Under the pieces are notes generated by a model. That model ran no database searches, was not told the DNA's origin, and was given only the letters and a program-made list of their open reading frames with translations. A stretch of 64,000 nt of DNA from Eledone cirrhosa (lineage: Eukaryota), in contig OZ024745.1 of NCBI GenBank assembly GCA_964016885.1, positions 64,232,001-64,296,000 of the forward strand, written 5' to 3'. Shown here one piece after another: positions 9,845 through 22,390 of the stretch (position 1 is its first letter; each line of letters starts with the position of its first letter). Both the position numbers and the translations under genes were made by a program.

Positions 9845-11323
9845 TTATACTTCTCTTAGGTCAGTGTTGTTTGTTTGGGTGTTGTTATTCCATTCATTCT
9901 TTCTGTTTAACCTTGGTTTTCTAATTTCTATTTCACTGGCCTCTCTGATTTGCCTATCTGCTGGGTCATTTCTATGTTTAGATATTATTCTAATTTCTAT
10001 GTTGTCTATGTTACCGTCATGTTGTTGTCTAGCATGTTCGTATAGTACTGAACCGTTTTTTCGTCCTTTTAGTTCCCCCCAGTGTTGGTCTATCCTTTCA
10101 CCTATGTATGTTGTTTTCATGTTTCTACAAGTACCCTCTGTACATCTTATGCTACAGACTACGTTTCTAGTTTTACAGTTTATCCGGGGGTTCACCTTAC
10201 ATATGATACATTTCCTATTGGTACAGTGGGTTTTCTTAAAAGGGTAGGTTTTGCTGATCAGGGATTTTATGGTGGTTCCTGGCTTTTCTACCACCTTTAT
10301 TTTTAAGTGGGTCTTTCTCAGGGCCTTTCTACACTGGTTAGCTAATTTCCCTCCAGGGGTGGCGTCCACAAACATGACACTCTGGTATCTCTGGTTGTCG
10401 TACCATGAGGTGGCTTTCCCTATCTTATGTCTAGCCCTATCTAAGCTATTCCATGATTTGCTCCTGTATAATGGGCAAATTCCTTTCATGTCCAGTTCTA
10501 TGAGGGTCTTATACTTTTCCATGGCTCCTTCGTATACTCTGACTCTGTCTCTTTGGTTGTATCCAGAGAACTGCATGCGGTTGATGAAGTATTGGATGTG
10601 TCTTTCCATTTCTGTTGGGTCGCACATGCGGGGCACATTCTTCATCACTCGTACCAAATCTGCGATCAGAATATTAAACTTAGCAATACTGGACATTGCT
10701 GAGTTTTTGAGTATCAGGTATTTGGAGGCCATGGGTTTAGCATAGTGTGAGTGTAGAATTTGGGCTCTCTCGTCTATAGTGTTAATCCAGAGTTCTGTGT
10801 CTAATACAGGTAGTCTATTGTTAGGGTGTTTGGAAGGGTAGTCGATAGTTACAGTTATACTCTGGTGTATAGAATTAGCTATCTGCTGGATGCTTTCCAT
10901 CGTGCTACGTTCTAAATCAAACTTGTTAGTGCTCTCTAGTGGGGGTGTTCTTATAACTATATTGATATCGTCTACATAACGAGAGTACATGATGAGGTCT
11001 ATGGAGCTCTCATTAAGGAGATCTTTAAGTCTCCTTTCCCACCATACCATGAAAAGGTTGGCAACATCACCAGCTATGCTGACGCCGATGGCTAGTCCCT
11101 CATTTTGGGTGTAGATCTTCTCGTTGAACTTAAATATGTGGCCCTTTAGGGTAGTTTTGATATTAGCCCCTATTGCATTTGCGACCATTTTTCTTACCTG
11201 ATCATTGTTTTGGGGGTCCATATAGCTTTGGTCCACCCAGTCCACCTTCCCATGGGAGTCTTTTTTGCTATTGAGGTTATGGTGGGGGGTCTACCTCTTA
11301 TAGGTGTACTAGGGCAGAAACAA
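9845..11323 (-). pseudogene. PLE reverse transcriptase / GIY-YIG endonuclease ORF, N-terminally truncated
   Basis: 466-aa ORF 9845-11245: FKFNEKIYTQNEGLAIG (motif B), YSRYVDD (motif C), LPVLD..HYAKP (thumb), CTNRKCIIC linker, NVVCSIRC..TYIGE-RIDQH..REASEI..PRLN (GIY-YIG). A different frame upstream reads CFCPSTPIRGRPPTITSIAKKTPMGRW, implying a frameshift near 11210-11245. RT motif A is absent. Confidence 0.9.
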
Positions 11324-14300
11324 GATTTTTTTTACAAATTATCTTCACCTGTTTTTTTTACAAAGTATATCCCCCTGATTTTTTTTACAAATTATCTCCC
11401 CCTGTTTTTTTTACAAATTATCTCCCCCTGTTTTTTTTACAAATTATCTCCCCCTGATTTTTTTTTTACAAATTAGCTCCCCCTGATTTTTTTTACAAAT
11501 TATCTCCCCCTCATTTTCTTTACAAATACCTCCCCCTTATTTTTTTTTACAAATTATCTTCACCTGTTTTTTTTACAAACTATATCCCCCTGATTTTTTT
11601 TACAAATTATCTCCTCCTGTTTTTTTTACAAATATCTCCCCCTGATTTTTTTTTTACAAATTAGCTCCCCCTGATTTTTTTACAAATTATCTCCCCCTCA
11701 TTTTCTTTACAAATTACCTCCCCCTTATTTTTTTACAAATTATCTCCCCCTGATCTTTTTTACAGATTATCTCCAAACGATATTTTTTTACAAATTATCT
11801 CCCCCTGATTTTTTTTACAAATTATCTCCCCCTGTTTTTTTTTACAATTTATCTCCCCCTGATTTTTTTCACAGATTTTCTCCCCCTGTTTTTTTTACAA
11901 ATTATCTCCCCGATTTTTTTTACAAATTATCTCCTGATTTTTTTTACAAATTATCTCCCCCTGATTTTTTTTACAAATTATCTCCATGTTTTTTTTACAA
12001 ATTATCTCCCCTGATTTTTTTTACAAATTATCTGCCCCTGATTTTTTTTACAAATTATCTCCCCCTAATTTTTTTTACAAATTATTTCCCCGATTCTTTT
12101 TACAAGTTATCTCCTCCTAATTTTTTTTACAAATTATCTCCCCCTGATTTTGTTACAAATTATCTCCATCTGTTTTTTTTACAAAGTATCGCCCCGTTTT
12201 TTTTATAAATTATCTCCCCCTGTTTTTTTTTACAAATTATCTCCACGGATTGTTTTTACAAATTATCTCCCCCTCATTTTTTTTACAAATTATCTCCCCC
12301 TGATTTTTTTTTTACAAATTATCTCCCCTTGATTTCTTTTACAAATTATCTACACCGATTGTTTTTACCAATTATCTCCCCCTCATTTTTTTACAAATTA
12401 TCTCCCCCTGTTTTTTTTTACACATTATCTCCCCCTGTTTTTTTACAAATTATCTCCCTATTTTTTTTTACAAATTATCTCCCCGTTTTTTTTACAAATT
12501 ATCTCCTCCTGTTTTTTTACAAATTATCTCCCCCTGATTATCTCCCCCTGATTTCTTTTACAAACTATCTCCCCCTGTTTGTTTTACAAATTATCTCCCA
12601 CTGATTTTTTTTACGAATTATCTCCCCCTGATTTTTATAAATTATCTCCCCCTGTTTTTTTTACAAATTATCTCCTCCTGATTTTTTTTACAAATTATCT
12701 CCCCCTATTTGTTTTACAAATTATCTCCCCCTGATTTTTTACAAATTACCTCCCCCTCATTTTTTTTACAAATTATCTCCCCCTTTATTTTTACACATTA
12801 TCTCCTGTTTTTTTTTACAAATTATCTCCCCTGTTTTTTTTTACAAATTATCTCCCCTGATTTCTTTTACAAATTATGTCCCCCTGATTTTTTTTTACTA
12901 ATTATCTCCCCCTGTTTTATTTACAAATTATGTCTCCCTTTTTTTTACAAATTATCTCCCCTTTTTTTAAAAAATTATCTCCCCCTGATTTTTTACAAAT
13001 TATCTCCCCCTGATTTTTTACAAATATCTCCCCCTAATTTTTTTTACAAATTATCTCGCCGTGATTTTTTTTACAAATTATCTCCATGGTTTTTTTACAA
13101 ATTATCTCCTGTTTTTTTACAAATTATCTCCCCGATTTTTTTAAGAAATTATCTCCTGATTTTTTTAACAAATTATCTCCCCCTGATTTTTTTACAAATT
13201 ATCTCCCCGTTTTTTTTACAAATTATCTCCCCCTTATTTTTTTTACAAATTATCTCCCCCTGTTTTTTTTACAAATTATCTCCCCGATTATTTTTTACAA
13301 ATTATCTCCCCCTGATTTTTTTTTACAAATTATCTCCATCTGTTTTTTTACAGATTATCTCCCCCTGATTTTTTTTACAAATTATCTACCCCTGATTTTT
13401 TTTTACAAATTATCTCCCCCTGATTTTTTTTACAAATTGTCTCCACTGATTTTTTTTACAAATTATCTCGCCCTGATTTTTTTTACAAATTACCTCCCTG
13501 TTTTTTTACAAATCTCTTCCTGTTTTTTTTACAAAATATCTGCCCCGGGTTTTTTTACAAATTATCTCCCTCTGATTTCTTTTACAAATTATCTCCCCCT
13601 GATTTTTTTTTTACAAATTATCTCCCCCTGATTTTTTTTTACAAATGTTTTCCCCCCGGATTTTTTTTACAAATTAGCTCTCCCTGATTGTTTTCAGAAA
13701 TTATCTCCCCCTTTTATTTTACCCATTATCTCCGCTTTTTTTACAAATTATCTCCCCCTGTTTTTTTTACAAATTATCTCCCTAATTTTTATTACAAATT
13801 ATCTCCCCGTTTTTTTACAAATTATCTCTCCCTGATTTTTATTACAAATTATCTCCCCCTGATTGTTTTTACAAATTATCTCGCCCTCATTTCTTTTACA
13901 AATTATCTCCCCCTGATTTCTTTTACAAATTATGTCCCCCTGATTTTTTTTACAAATTATCGCCCCTGATTTCTTTTACAAATTATCTCCCCCTGATTTC
14001 TTTTACAAATTATGTCCCCTTGATTTTTTTTTACAAATTATCTGTTTTTTTACAAATTATCTCCCCTTTTTTTTTTACAAATTATCACCCCCTTTTTTTT
14101 TTACTAATTATCAGCTCCTGTTTTTTTTACAAATTATCTCAGCCTGATTTTTTTTACAAATTATCTCTTCCTGTTTTTTTTACAAAATATCTGCCCCGGG
14201 TTTTTTTACAAATTATCTCCCTCTGATTTCTTTTACAAATTATCTCCCCCTGATTTTTTTTTACAAATTATCTCCCCCTGATTTTTTTTTACAAATGTTT

Positions 14301-17300
14301 TCCCCCCGGATTTTTTTTACAAATTAGCTCTCCCTGATTGTTTTTAGAAATTATCTCCCCCTTTTATTTTACCCATTATCTCCGCTTTTTTTTACAAATT
14401 ATCTGCCCCTGTTTTTTTTACAAATTATTTCCCCCTGATTGTTTTTACAAATTATCTAATCCTGATTTTTTTTACAAATTATCTCCCCCTGATTTTTTTT
14501 ACAAATTATCTCCCTAATTTTTATTACAAATTATCTACCCGTTTTTTTACAAATTATCTCTCCCTGATTTTTATTACAAATTATCTCCCCCTGATTGTTT
14601 TTACAAATTATCTCGCCCTCATTTCTTTTTCCAAATTATCACCCCCTGATTTCTTTTACAAATTATGTCCCCCTGATTTTTTTTACAAATTATCGCCCCT
14701 GATTTCTTTTACAAATTATCTCCCCCTGATTTCTTTTACAAATTACGTCCCCTTGATTTTTTTTTACAAATTATCTGTTTTTTTACAAATTATCTCCCCT
14801 TTTTTTTTTTACAAATTATCACCCCCTTTTTTTTTTACAAATTATCAGCCCCTGTTTTTTTTACAAATTATCTCAGCCTGATTTTTTTTACAAATTATAT
14901 CACCCTGATTTCTTTTACAAATTATCTCGATCTGTTTTTTTTACAAAGTATCTCCCCGTTTTTTACAAATTATCTCCCCCTGTTTTTTTTTACAAATAAT
15001 CTCCACCGATTGTTTTTACAAATTATCTCCCCCTGATTTTTTTTACAAATTGTCTCGCCCTGATTTTTTTTATGAATTATCTCTCCCTGATTGTTTTTAC
15101 AAATTATCTCCCCCTTTTATTTTACCCATTATCTCCGCTTTTTTCTTTTACAAATTATCTCCCCCTGTTTGTTTTAAAATTATCTCCCCCTGATTTTTTT
15201 ACAAATTATCTCCCCCTGTTTTTTTTACAAATTACCTCCGCCTGATTTTTTTTACACATTATCTCCTGTTTTTTTTTACAAATTATCCCCGTTTCTTTTA
15301 CAAATTATCTCCCCCTGTTTTCTTTTACAAATTATCTCCCCCTGTTTGTTTTACAAATTATCTCCCCCTGATTTTTTTTACAAATTATCTCACCCTGATT
15401 TTTTTTATAAATTATCTCCCCGTTTTTTTTACAAATTATCTCCTGATTTTTTTTACAAATTATCTCCCTGTTTGTTTTACAAATTATCTTCCCATTATTT
15501 TTTACAAATACCGCCCCCTGATTTTTTTTTACAAATCATCTCCCCCCTTTTTTTTACACATTATCTCCTGTTTTTTTTACAAATTATCTCCCGTTTTATT
15601 TTACAAATTATCTCCCCGTTCTTTTTACAAATTATGTCCCTATTTTTTATTACTAATTATCTCCCCGTTTTTTTACAAATTATCTCCCCCTCATTTTTTT
15701 ACAAATTATCTCCCCCTTATTTTTTTACATATTATCTCCCCCTGATTTTTTTACAAATTATCTCGCCCTGATTTTTTTTAGAAATTATCTCCCCCTGTTT
15801 TATTTACAAATTATCTCTTCCTGTTTTTTTTACAAATTATCTCCCCTGTTTTTTTTTTACAAATTATCTCCCCTGATTTCATTTACAAATTATCTCTCTC
15901 TGATTTCCTTTACAAATTACGTCTCCCTGATTTTTTTTTACAAATTAACTCCCCCTATTTTTTTTACAAATTATGTCCCCGTTCTTTTTACAAATTATCT
16001 CCCCGTTTTTTTACAAATTCTCCATTTTTTTTACAAATTATCTCCCCGTTTTTTTACAAATTATCTCCCCGTTTTTTTTACAAATTATCTCTTTCTGTTT
16101 TTTTAACAAATTATCCCCCCCTGTTTTTTTTTTACAAATTATATCACCCTGATTTCTTTTACAAATTATCTCGAACTGTTTTTTTTACAAAGTATCTCCC
16201 CGTTTTTTACAAATTATCTACCCCTGTTTTTTTTTACAAATTATCTCCACCGATTGTTTTTACAAATTATCTCTCCCTGATTGTTTTTACAAATTATCTC
16301 CCCCTTTTATTTTACCCATTATCTCCGCTTTTTTTACAAATTATTTGCCCATGTTTTTTTTACAAATTATCTCCCTTGATTTTTTTTTACAAATTATCTC
16401 GCCCTGATTTTTTTTACGAATTATCTCCCCTTGTTTTTTTTACAAATTATCTCTTCCTGTTTTTCTTTACAAATTATCTACCCCTGATTTCTTTTACAAA
16501 TTATCTCCCCCTGTTTGTTTTACAAATTATCTCCCCCTGATTTTTTTTACAAATTATCTCCCCCTGATTTTTTTTATAAATTATCTCCCCGTTTTTTTTA
16601 CAAATTATCTCCTGATTTTTTTAACAAATTATCTTCCCCTGATTTTTTACAAATACCGGCCCCTGATTTTTTTTTTACAAATCATCTCCCCCCTTTATTT
16701 TACACATTACGTCCTGTATTTTTTACAAATTATCTCCCGTTTTTTTTTTACAACTTATCTCCCCCTGTTTTTTTTGCAAATTATGTCCCTATTTTTTATT
16801 ACAAATTATCTCCCCGTTTTTTTACAAATTATCTCTCCCAGATTTATTTTACAAATTATCTGCCCCTCATTTTTTTACAAATTATCTCCCCCTTATTTTT
16901 TTTACATATTATCTCCCCCTGATTTTTTTACAAATTATATCGCCCTGATTTTTTTTAGAAATTATCTCCCCCTGTTTTATTTACAAATTATCTCTTCCTG
17001 TTTTTTTTACAAATTATCTCCCCTGTTTTTTTTTACAAATTATCTCCCCTGATTTCATTTACAAATTATCTCTCCCTGATTTCCTTTACAAATTATGTCT
17101 CCCTGATTTTTTTTTTACAAATTAACTCCCCCTGATTTTTTTACAAATTATCTCTTCCTGTTTTTTTAACAAATTATCCCCCCCTGTATTTTTTTACAAA
17201 TTATCTCCCCCTGATTTTTTACAAATTATGTCCCCCTGATTTTTTTTACAAATTATCTCCCCGTTTTTTTACAAATTACCTCTTCCTGTTTTTTTAACAA

Positions 17301-20299
17301 ATTATTTCCCCTGTTTTTTTTTTTACAAATTATCTACCCCTTATTTTTTTTACAAATTATCTCCCCCTGATTTTTTTACAAATTATCTCCCCGATTTTTT
17401 TTACAAATTATCTCCTGATTTTTTTCACAAATTATCTCCGCCTGATTTTTTTACAAATTATCTCCCCCGTTTTTTTTACAAATTATCTCCCTTTTTTTTT
17501 ACAAATTACCTCCCCCTTTTTTTTACAAATTATCTCCACGTTTTTTTACAAATTATCTCCCCCTGTTTTTTTTACATATCTCCCTATTTTTTATTACAAA
17601 TTATGTCCCCGTTTTTTTACAAATTATCTCTCCCTGATTTTTATTACAAATTATCTCCCCCTGATTGTTTTTACAAATGATCTCCCCCTCATTTCTTTTA
17701 CAAATTATCTCACCTTGATTTCTTTTACAAATTATCTCCCCCTGATTTTTTGTTTACAAATTATCTCCTCGTTTTTTAAAAAAATTATCTCCCCCTGATT
17801 TTTTTTACAAATTATCTCCACCGATTGTTTTTACCAATTATCTCCACCTCATTTTTTTTACAAATTATCTCCCCCTTATTTATTTTACAAATTATCTCCC
17901 CCGGATTTTTTTATGAATTATCTCCCCGTTATTTTACAATTTATCTCCCCGTCTTTTTATAAATTATCTCCCCCTTATTTTTTTTACAAATTACCTCCCC
18001 CTGATTTTTTTTACAAATTATCTCCCCCTTTTTTTTACATATCTCATGTTTTTTTTACAAATTATCTCCGTTTTTTTTACAAATTATCTCCCCCTGTTTT
18101 TTTTACAAATTATCTCCCCTTTTTTTACAAACTATCTCTTCCTGATTTTTATTACAAATTATCTCCCCCTGATTATTTTTACAAATTATCTCCCCCTTAT
18201 TTCTTTTACAAATGATCTCCACCTGATTTTGTTACAAATTATCTCCCCTTGATTTCTTTTACAAATTATCTCCCCCTGATTTTTTTTTACAAATTATCTC
18301 CCCGTTTTTTTTTAAATTATCTCCCTCTGATTTTTTTTACAAATTATCTCCACCGATTGTTTTTACCAATTATCTCCCCCTCATTTTTTTTACAAATTAT
18401 CTCCCCCTTATTTTTTTAATAAATTATCTCCCCCTGATTTTTTTTACAAATTATCTCCCCGGATTTTTTTATGAATTATCTCCCCGTTTTTTTTAAAAAT
18501 TATCTCCCCTTGCTTGTTTTACAAGTTAACTCCTGATTTTTTTACAAATTATCTCCCCCGTTTTTTTTACAAATTATCTCCCCCTTTTTTTTACAAATTA
18601 CCTCCCCCTTTTTTTTACAAATTATCTCCACGTTTTTTTACAAATTATCTCCCCCTGTTTTTTTAACATATCTCCCTATTTTTTATTACAAATTATCTCC
18701 CCGTTTTTTTACAAATTATCTCCACCGATTGTTTTTACCAATTATCTCCCCCTCATTTTTTTTACAAATTATCTCCCCCTTATTTATTTCACAAATTATC
18801 TCCACCGGATTTTTTTATCAATTATCTCCCCGTTTTTTTAACAAATTATCTCCCCGTCTTTTTACAAATTATCTCCCCGTTTGTTTTACAAATTATCTCC
18901 TCCTGATTTTTTTACAAATTATCTCCTCCGGATTTTTTTTATGAATTATCTCCCCGTTATTTTACAATTTATCTCCCCGTCTTTTTACAAATTATCTCTC
19001 CCTGATTTTTTTTACAAATTATGTCCTGATTTTTTTACAAATTATCTCCCCCTGTTTTTTTTATAAATTATCTCCCCCTTATTTTTTTTACAAATTACCT
19101 CCCCCTGATTTTTTTTACAAATTATCTCCCCCTTTTTTTTACATATCTCCTGTTTTATTTACAAATTATCTCCACGTTTTTTTTACAAATTATCTCCCCC
19201 TGTTTTTTTTACAAATTATCTCCCCTTTTTTTACAAACTATCTCTCCCTGATTTTTATTACAAATTATCTCCCCCTGATTATTTTTACAAATTATCTCCC
19301 CTTGATTTCTTTTACAAATTATCTCCCCCTGATGTTTTTTTACAAATTATCTCCCCGTTTTTTTAAAAAATTATCTCCCCCTGCTTGTTTTACAAGTTAA
19401 CTCCTGATTTTTTTACAAATTATCTCCCCCGTTTTTTTTACAAATTATCTCCCCCTTTTTTTTCACAAATTACCTCCCCCTTTTTTTTACAAATTATCTC
19501 CCCCTGATTGTTTTTACAAATGATCTCCCCCTCATTTCTTTTACAAATTATCTCACCTTGATTTCTTTTACAAATTATCTCCCCCTGATTTTTTTTTACA
19601 AATTATCTCCCCTTTTTTTAAAAAAATTATCTCCCCCTGATTTTTTTTACAAATTATCTCCACCGATTGTTTTTACCAATTATCTCCCCCTCATTTTTTT
19701 TACAAATTATCTCCCCCTTATTTATTTTACAAATTATCTCCCCCGGATTTTTTTATCAATTATCTCCCAGTTTTTTTAACAAATTATCTCCCCGTCTTTT
19801 TACAAATTATCTCCCCGTTTGTTTTACAAATTAACTCCTTCTGATTTTTTTACAAATTATCTCCCCCGGATTTTTTTTATGAATTATCTCCCCGTTATTT
19901 TACAATTTATCTCCCCGTCTTTTTACAAATTATCTCCTGATTTTTTTACAAATTATCTCCCCCTGTTTTTTTTATAAATTATCTCCCCCTTATTTTTTTT
20001 ACAAATTACCTCCCCCTGATTTTTTTTACAAATTATTTCCCCCTTTTTTTTACATATCTCCTGTTTTTTTTACAAATTATCTCCACGTTTTTTTTACAAA
20101 TTATCTCCCCCTGTTTTTTTTACAAATTATCTCCCATTTTTTTACAAACTATCTCTCCCTGATTTTTATTACAAATTATCTCCCCCTGATTATTTTTACA
20201 AATTATCTCCCCCTTATTTCTTTTACAAATGATCTCCACCTGATTTTTGTTACAAATTATCTCCCCTTGATTTCTTTTACAAATTATCTCCCCCTGATT

Positions 20300-22390
20300 T
20301 TTTTTTACAAATTATCTCCCCGTTTTTTTTTTAAATTATCTCCCTCTGATTTTTGTTACAAATTATCTCCACCGATTGTTTTTACCAATTATCTCCCCCT
20401 CATTTTTTTTACAAATTATCTCCCCCTTATTTTTTTAATAAATTATCTCCCCCTGATTTTTTTTACAAATTATCTCCCCCGGATTTTTTTTATGAATTAT
20501 CTCCCCGTTTTTTTAAAAATTATCTCCCCCTGCTTGTTTTACAAGTTAACTCCTGATTTTTTTTACAAATTATCTTCCCCGGATTTTTTTTATGAATTAT
20601 CTACCCGTTATTTTACAATTTATCTCCCCGTCTTTTTACAAATTATCTCCCCCGGATTTTTGTTTACAAATTATCTCCCTTTGATTTTTTTAAAATATTA
20701 TCCCCCCTCATTTTTTTTACAAATTATCTCGGTCTGATTTTTTTTACGAATTATCTCCCCCTGTTTGTTTTACAAATTATCTCTTCCTATTTTTTACAAA
20801 TTATCTCCCCTTTTTTTTTAAAATTATTTCCCCCTGATTTTTTTTACGAATTATCTCGCCGTGATTTTTTTTACAAATTATCTCGCCGTGATTTTTTTTA
20901 CAAATTATCTACCCGTTTTTTTTACAAATTATCTCTTCCTGTTTCTTTAACAAGTTATCTCCCTATTTACAAATTATCTCCCCCTTACATTTTTTAAAAG
21001 TTTTCTCCCCCTGATTTTTTTTACAAATTATCTCCCCCTGTTTTATTTACAAATTATCTCTTCCTGTTTTTTTTACAAATTATCTCCCCCGTTTTTTTTT
21101 ACAAATTATCTCCCCTGATTTCATTTACAAATTATCTCTCCCTGATTTCTTTTACAAATTACGTCCCCCTGATTTTTTTTTACAAACTATCTCCCCGTTT
21201 TTTTTACAAATTCTCTTCGTTTTTTTTTACAAATTATCTCCATTTTTTTTACAAATTATTTCCCCTTTATTTTACAAATTATCTCCCCCTGATTTTTTTT
21301 ACAAATTGTCTCTGATTCTTTTTACAAATTATCTCCCCCTGATTTTTTTTACAAATTATCTCCCCGTTTTTTTTTAAATTATCTCCCTCTGATTTTTTTT
21401 ACAAATTATCTCCACCGATTGTTTTTACCAATTATCTCCCCCTCATTTTTTTTACAAATTATCTCCCCCTTATTTTTTTAATAAATTATCTCCCCCTGAT
21501 TTTTTTTACAAATTATCTCCCCCGGATTTTTTTTATGAATTATCTCCCCGTTTTTTTTAAAATTATCTCCCCCTGCTTGTTTTACAAGTTAAATCCTGAT
21601 TTTTTTACAAATTATCTTCCCCGGATTTTTTTTATGAATTATCTACCCGTTATTTTACAATTTATCTCCCCGTCTTTTTACAAATTATCTCCCCCGGATT
21701 TTTGTTTACAAATTATCTCCCTTTGATTTTTTTAAAATATTATCCCCCCTGATTTTTTTTACAAATTATCTCGGTCTGATTTTTTTTACGAATTATCTCC
21801 CCCTGTTTGTTTTACAAATTATCTCTTCCTATTTTTTACAAATTATCTCCCCTTTTTTTTTAAAATTATTTCCCCCTGATTTTTTTTACGAATTATCTCG
21901 CCGTGATTTTTTTTACAAATTATCTCGCCGTGATTTTTTTTACAAATTATCTACCCGTGTTTTTTACAAATTATCTCTTCCTGTTTCTTTAACAAGTTAT
22001 CTCCCTATTTACAAATTATCTCCCCCTTACATTTTTAAAAAATTTTCTCCCCCTGATTTTTTTTACAAATTATCTCCCCCTGTTTTATTTACAAATTATC
22101 TCTTCCTGTTTTTTTTACAAATTATCTCCCCCGTTTTTTTTTACAAATTATCTCCCCTGATTTCATTTACAAATTATCTCTCCCTGATTTCTTTTACAAA
22201 TTACGTCCCCCTGATTTTTTTTTACAAACTATCTCCCCGTTTTTTTTACAAATTCTCTTCGTTTTTTTTTACAAATTATCTCCATTTTTTTTACAAATTA
22301 TTTCCCCTTTATTTTACAAATTATCTCCCCCTGATTTTTTTTACAAATTGTCTCTGATTCTTTTTACAAATTATCTCCCCCTGATTTTTT
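20300..22390 (+). repeat. ~1.04-kb tandem higher-order duplication within the satellite
   Basis: Rare variants recur at ~1,041-1,044 offset: atctcggtctga (~20726/~21769) and ttgtctctgattc (~21306/~22347). Boundaries approximate. Confidence 0.75.

Larger units (their letters stand above)
9376..11325 (-). mobile_element. Penelope-like retroelement (endonuclease-containing), 5'-truncated at the satellite
   Basis: RT plus GIY-YIG ORF, a ~470-bp 3' UTR with a hammerhead motif, and a 3' end at (TA)n. Confidence 0.92.

Noticed and set aside
9768-10745. Plus-strand ORFs of 159, 74 and 164 aa
   Set aside because: Antisense shadows of the PLE ORF and its low-complexity UTR.
11210-11476. 88-aa ORF crossing the PLE-satellite junction
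   Set aside because: Chance read-through of antisense PLE sequence into a stop-free satellite frame.
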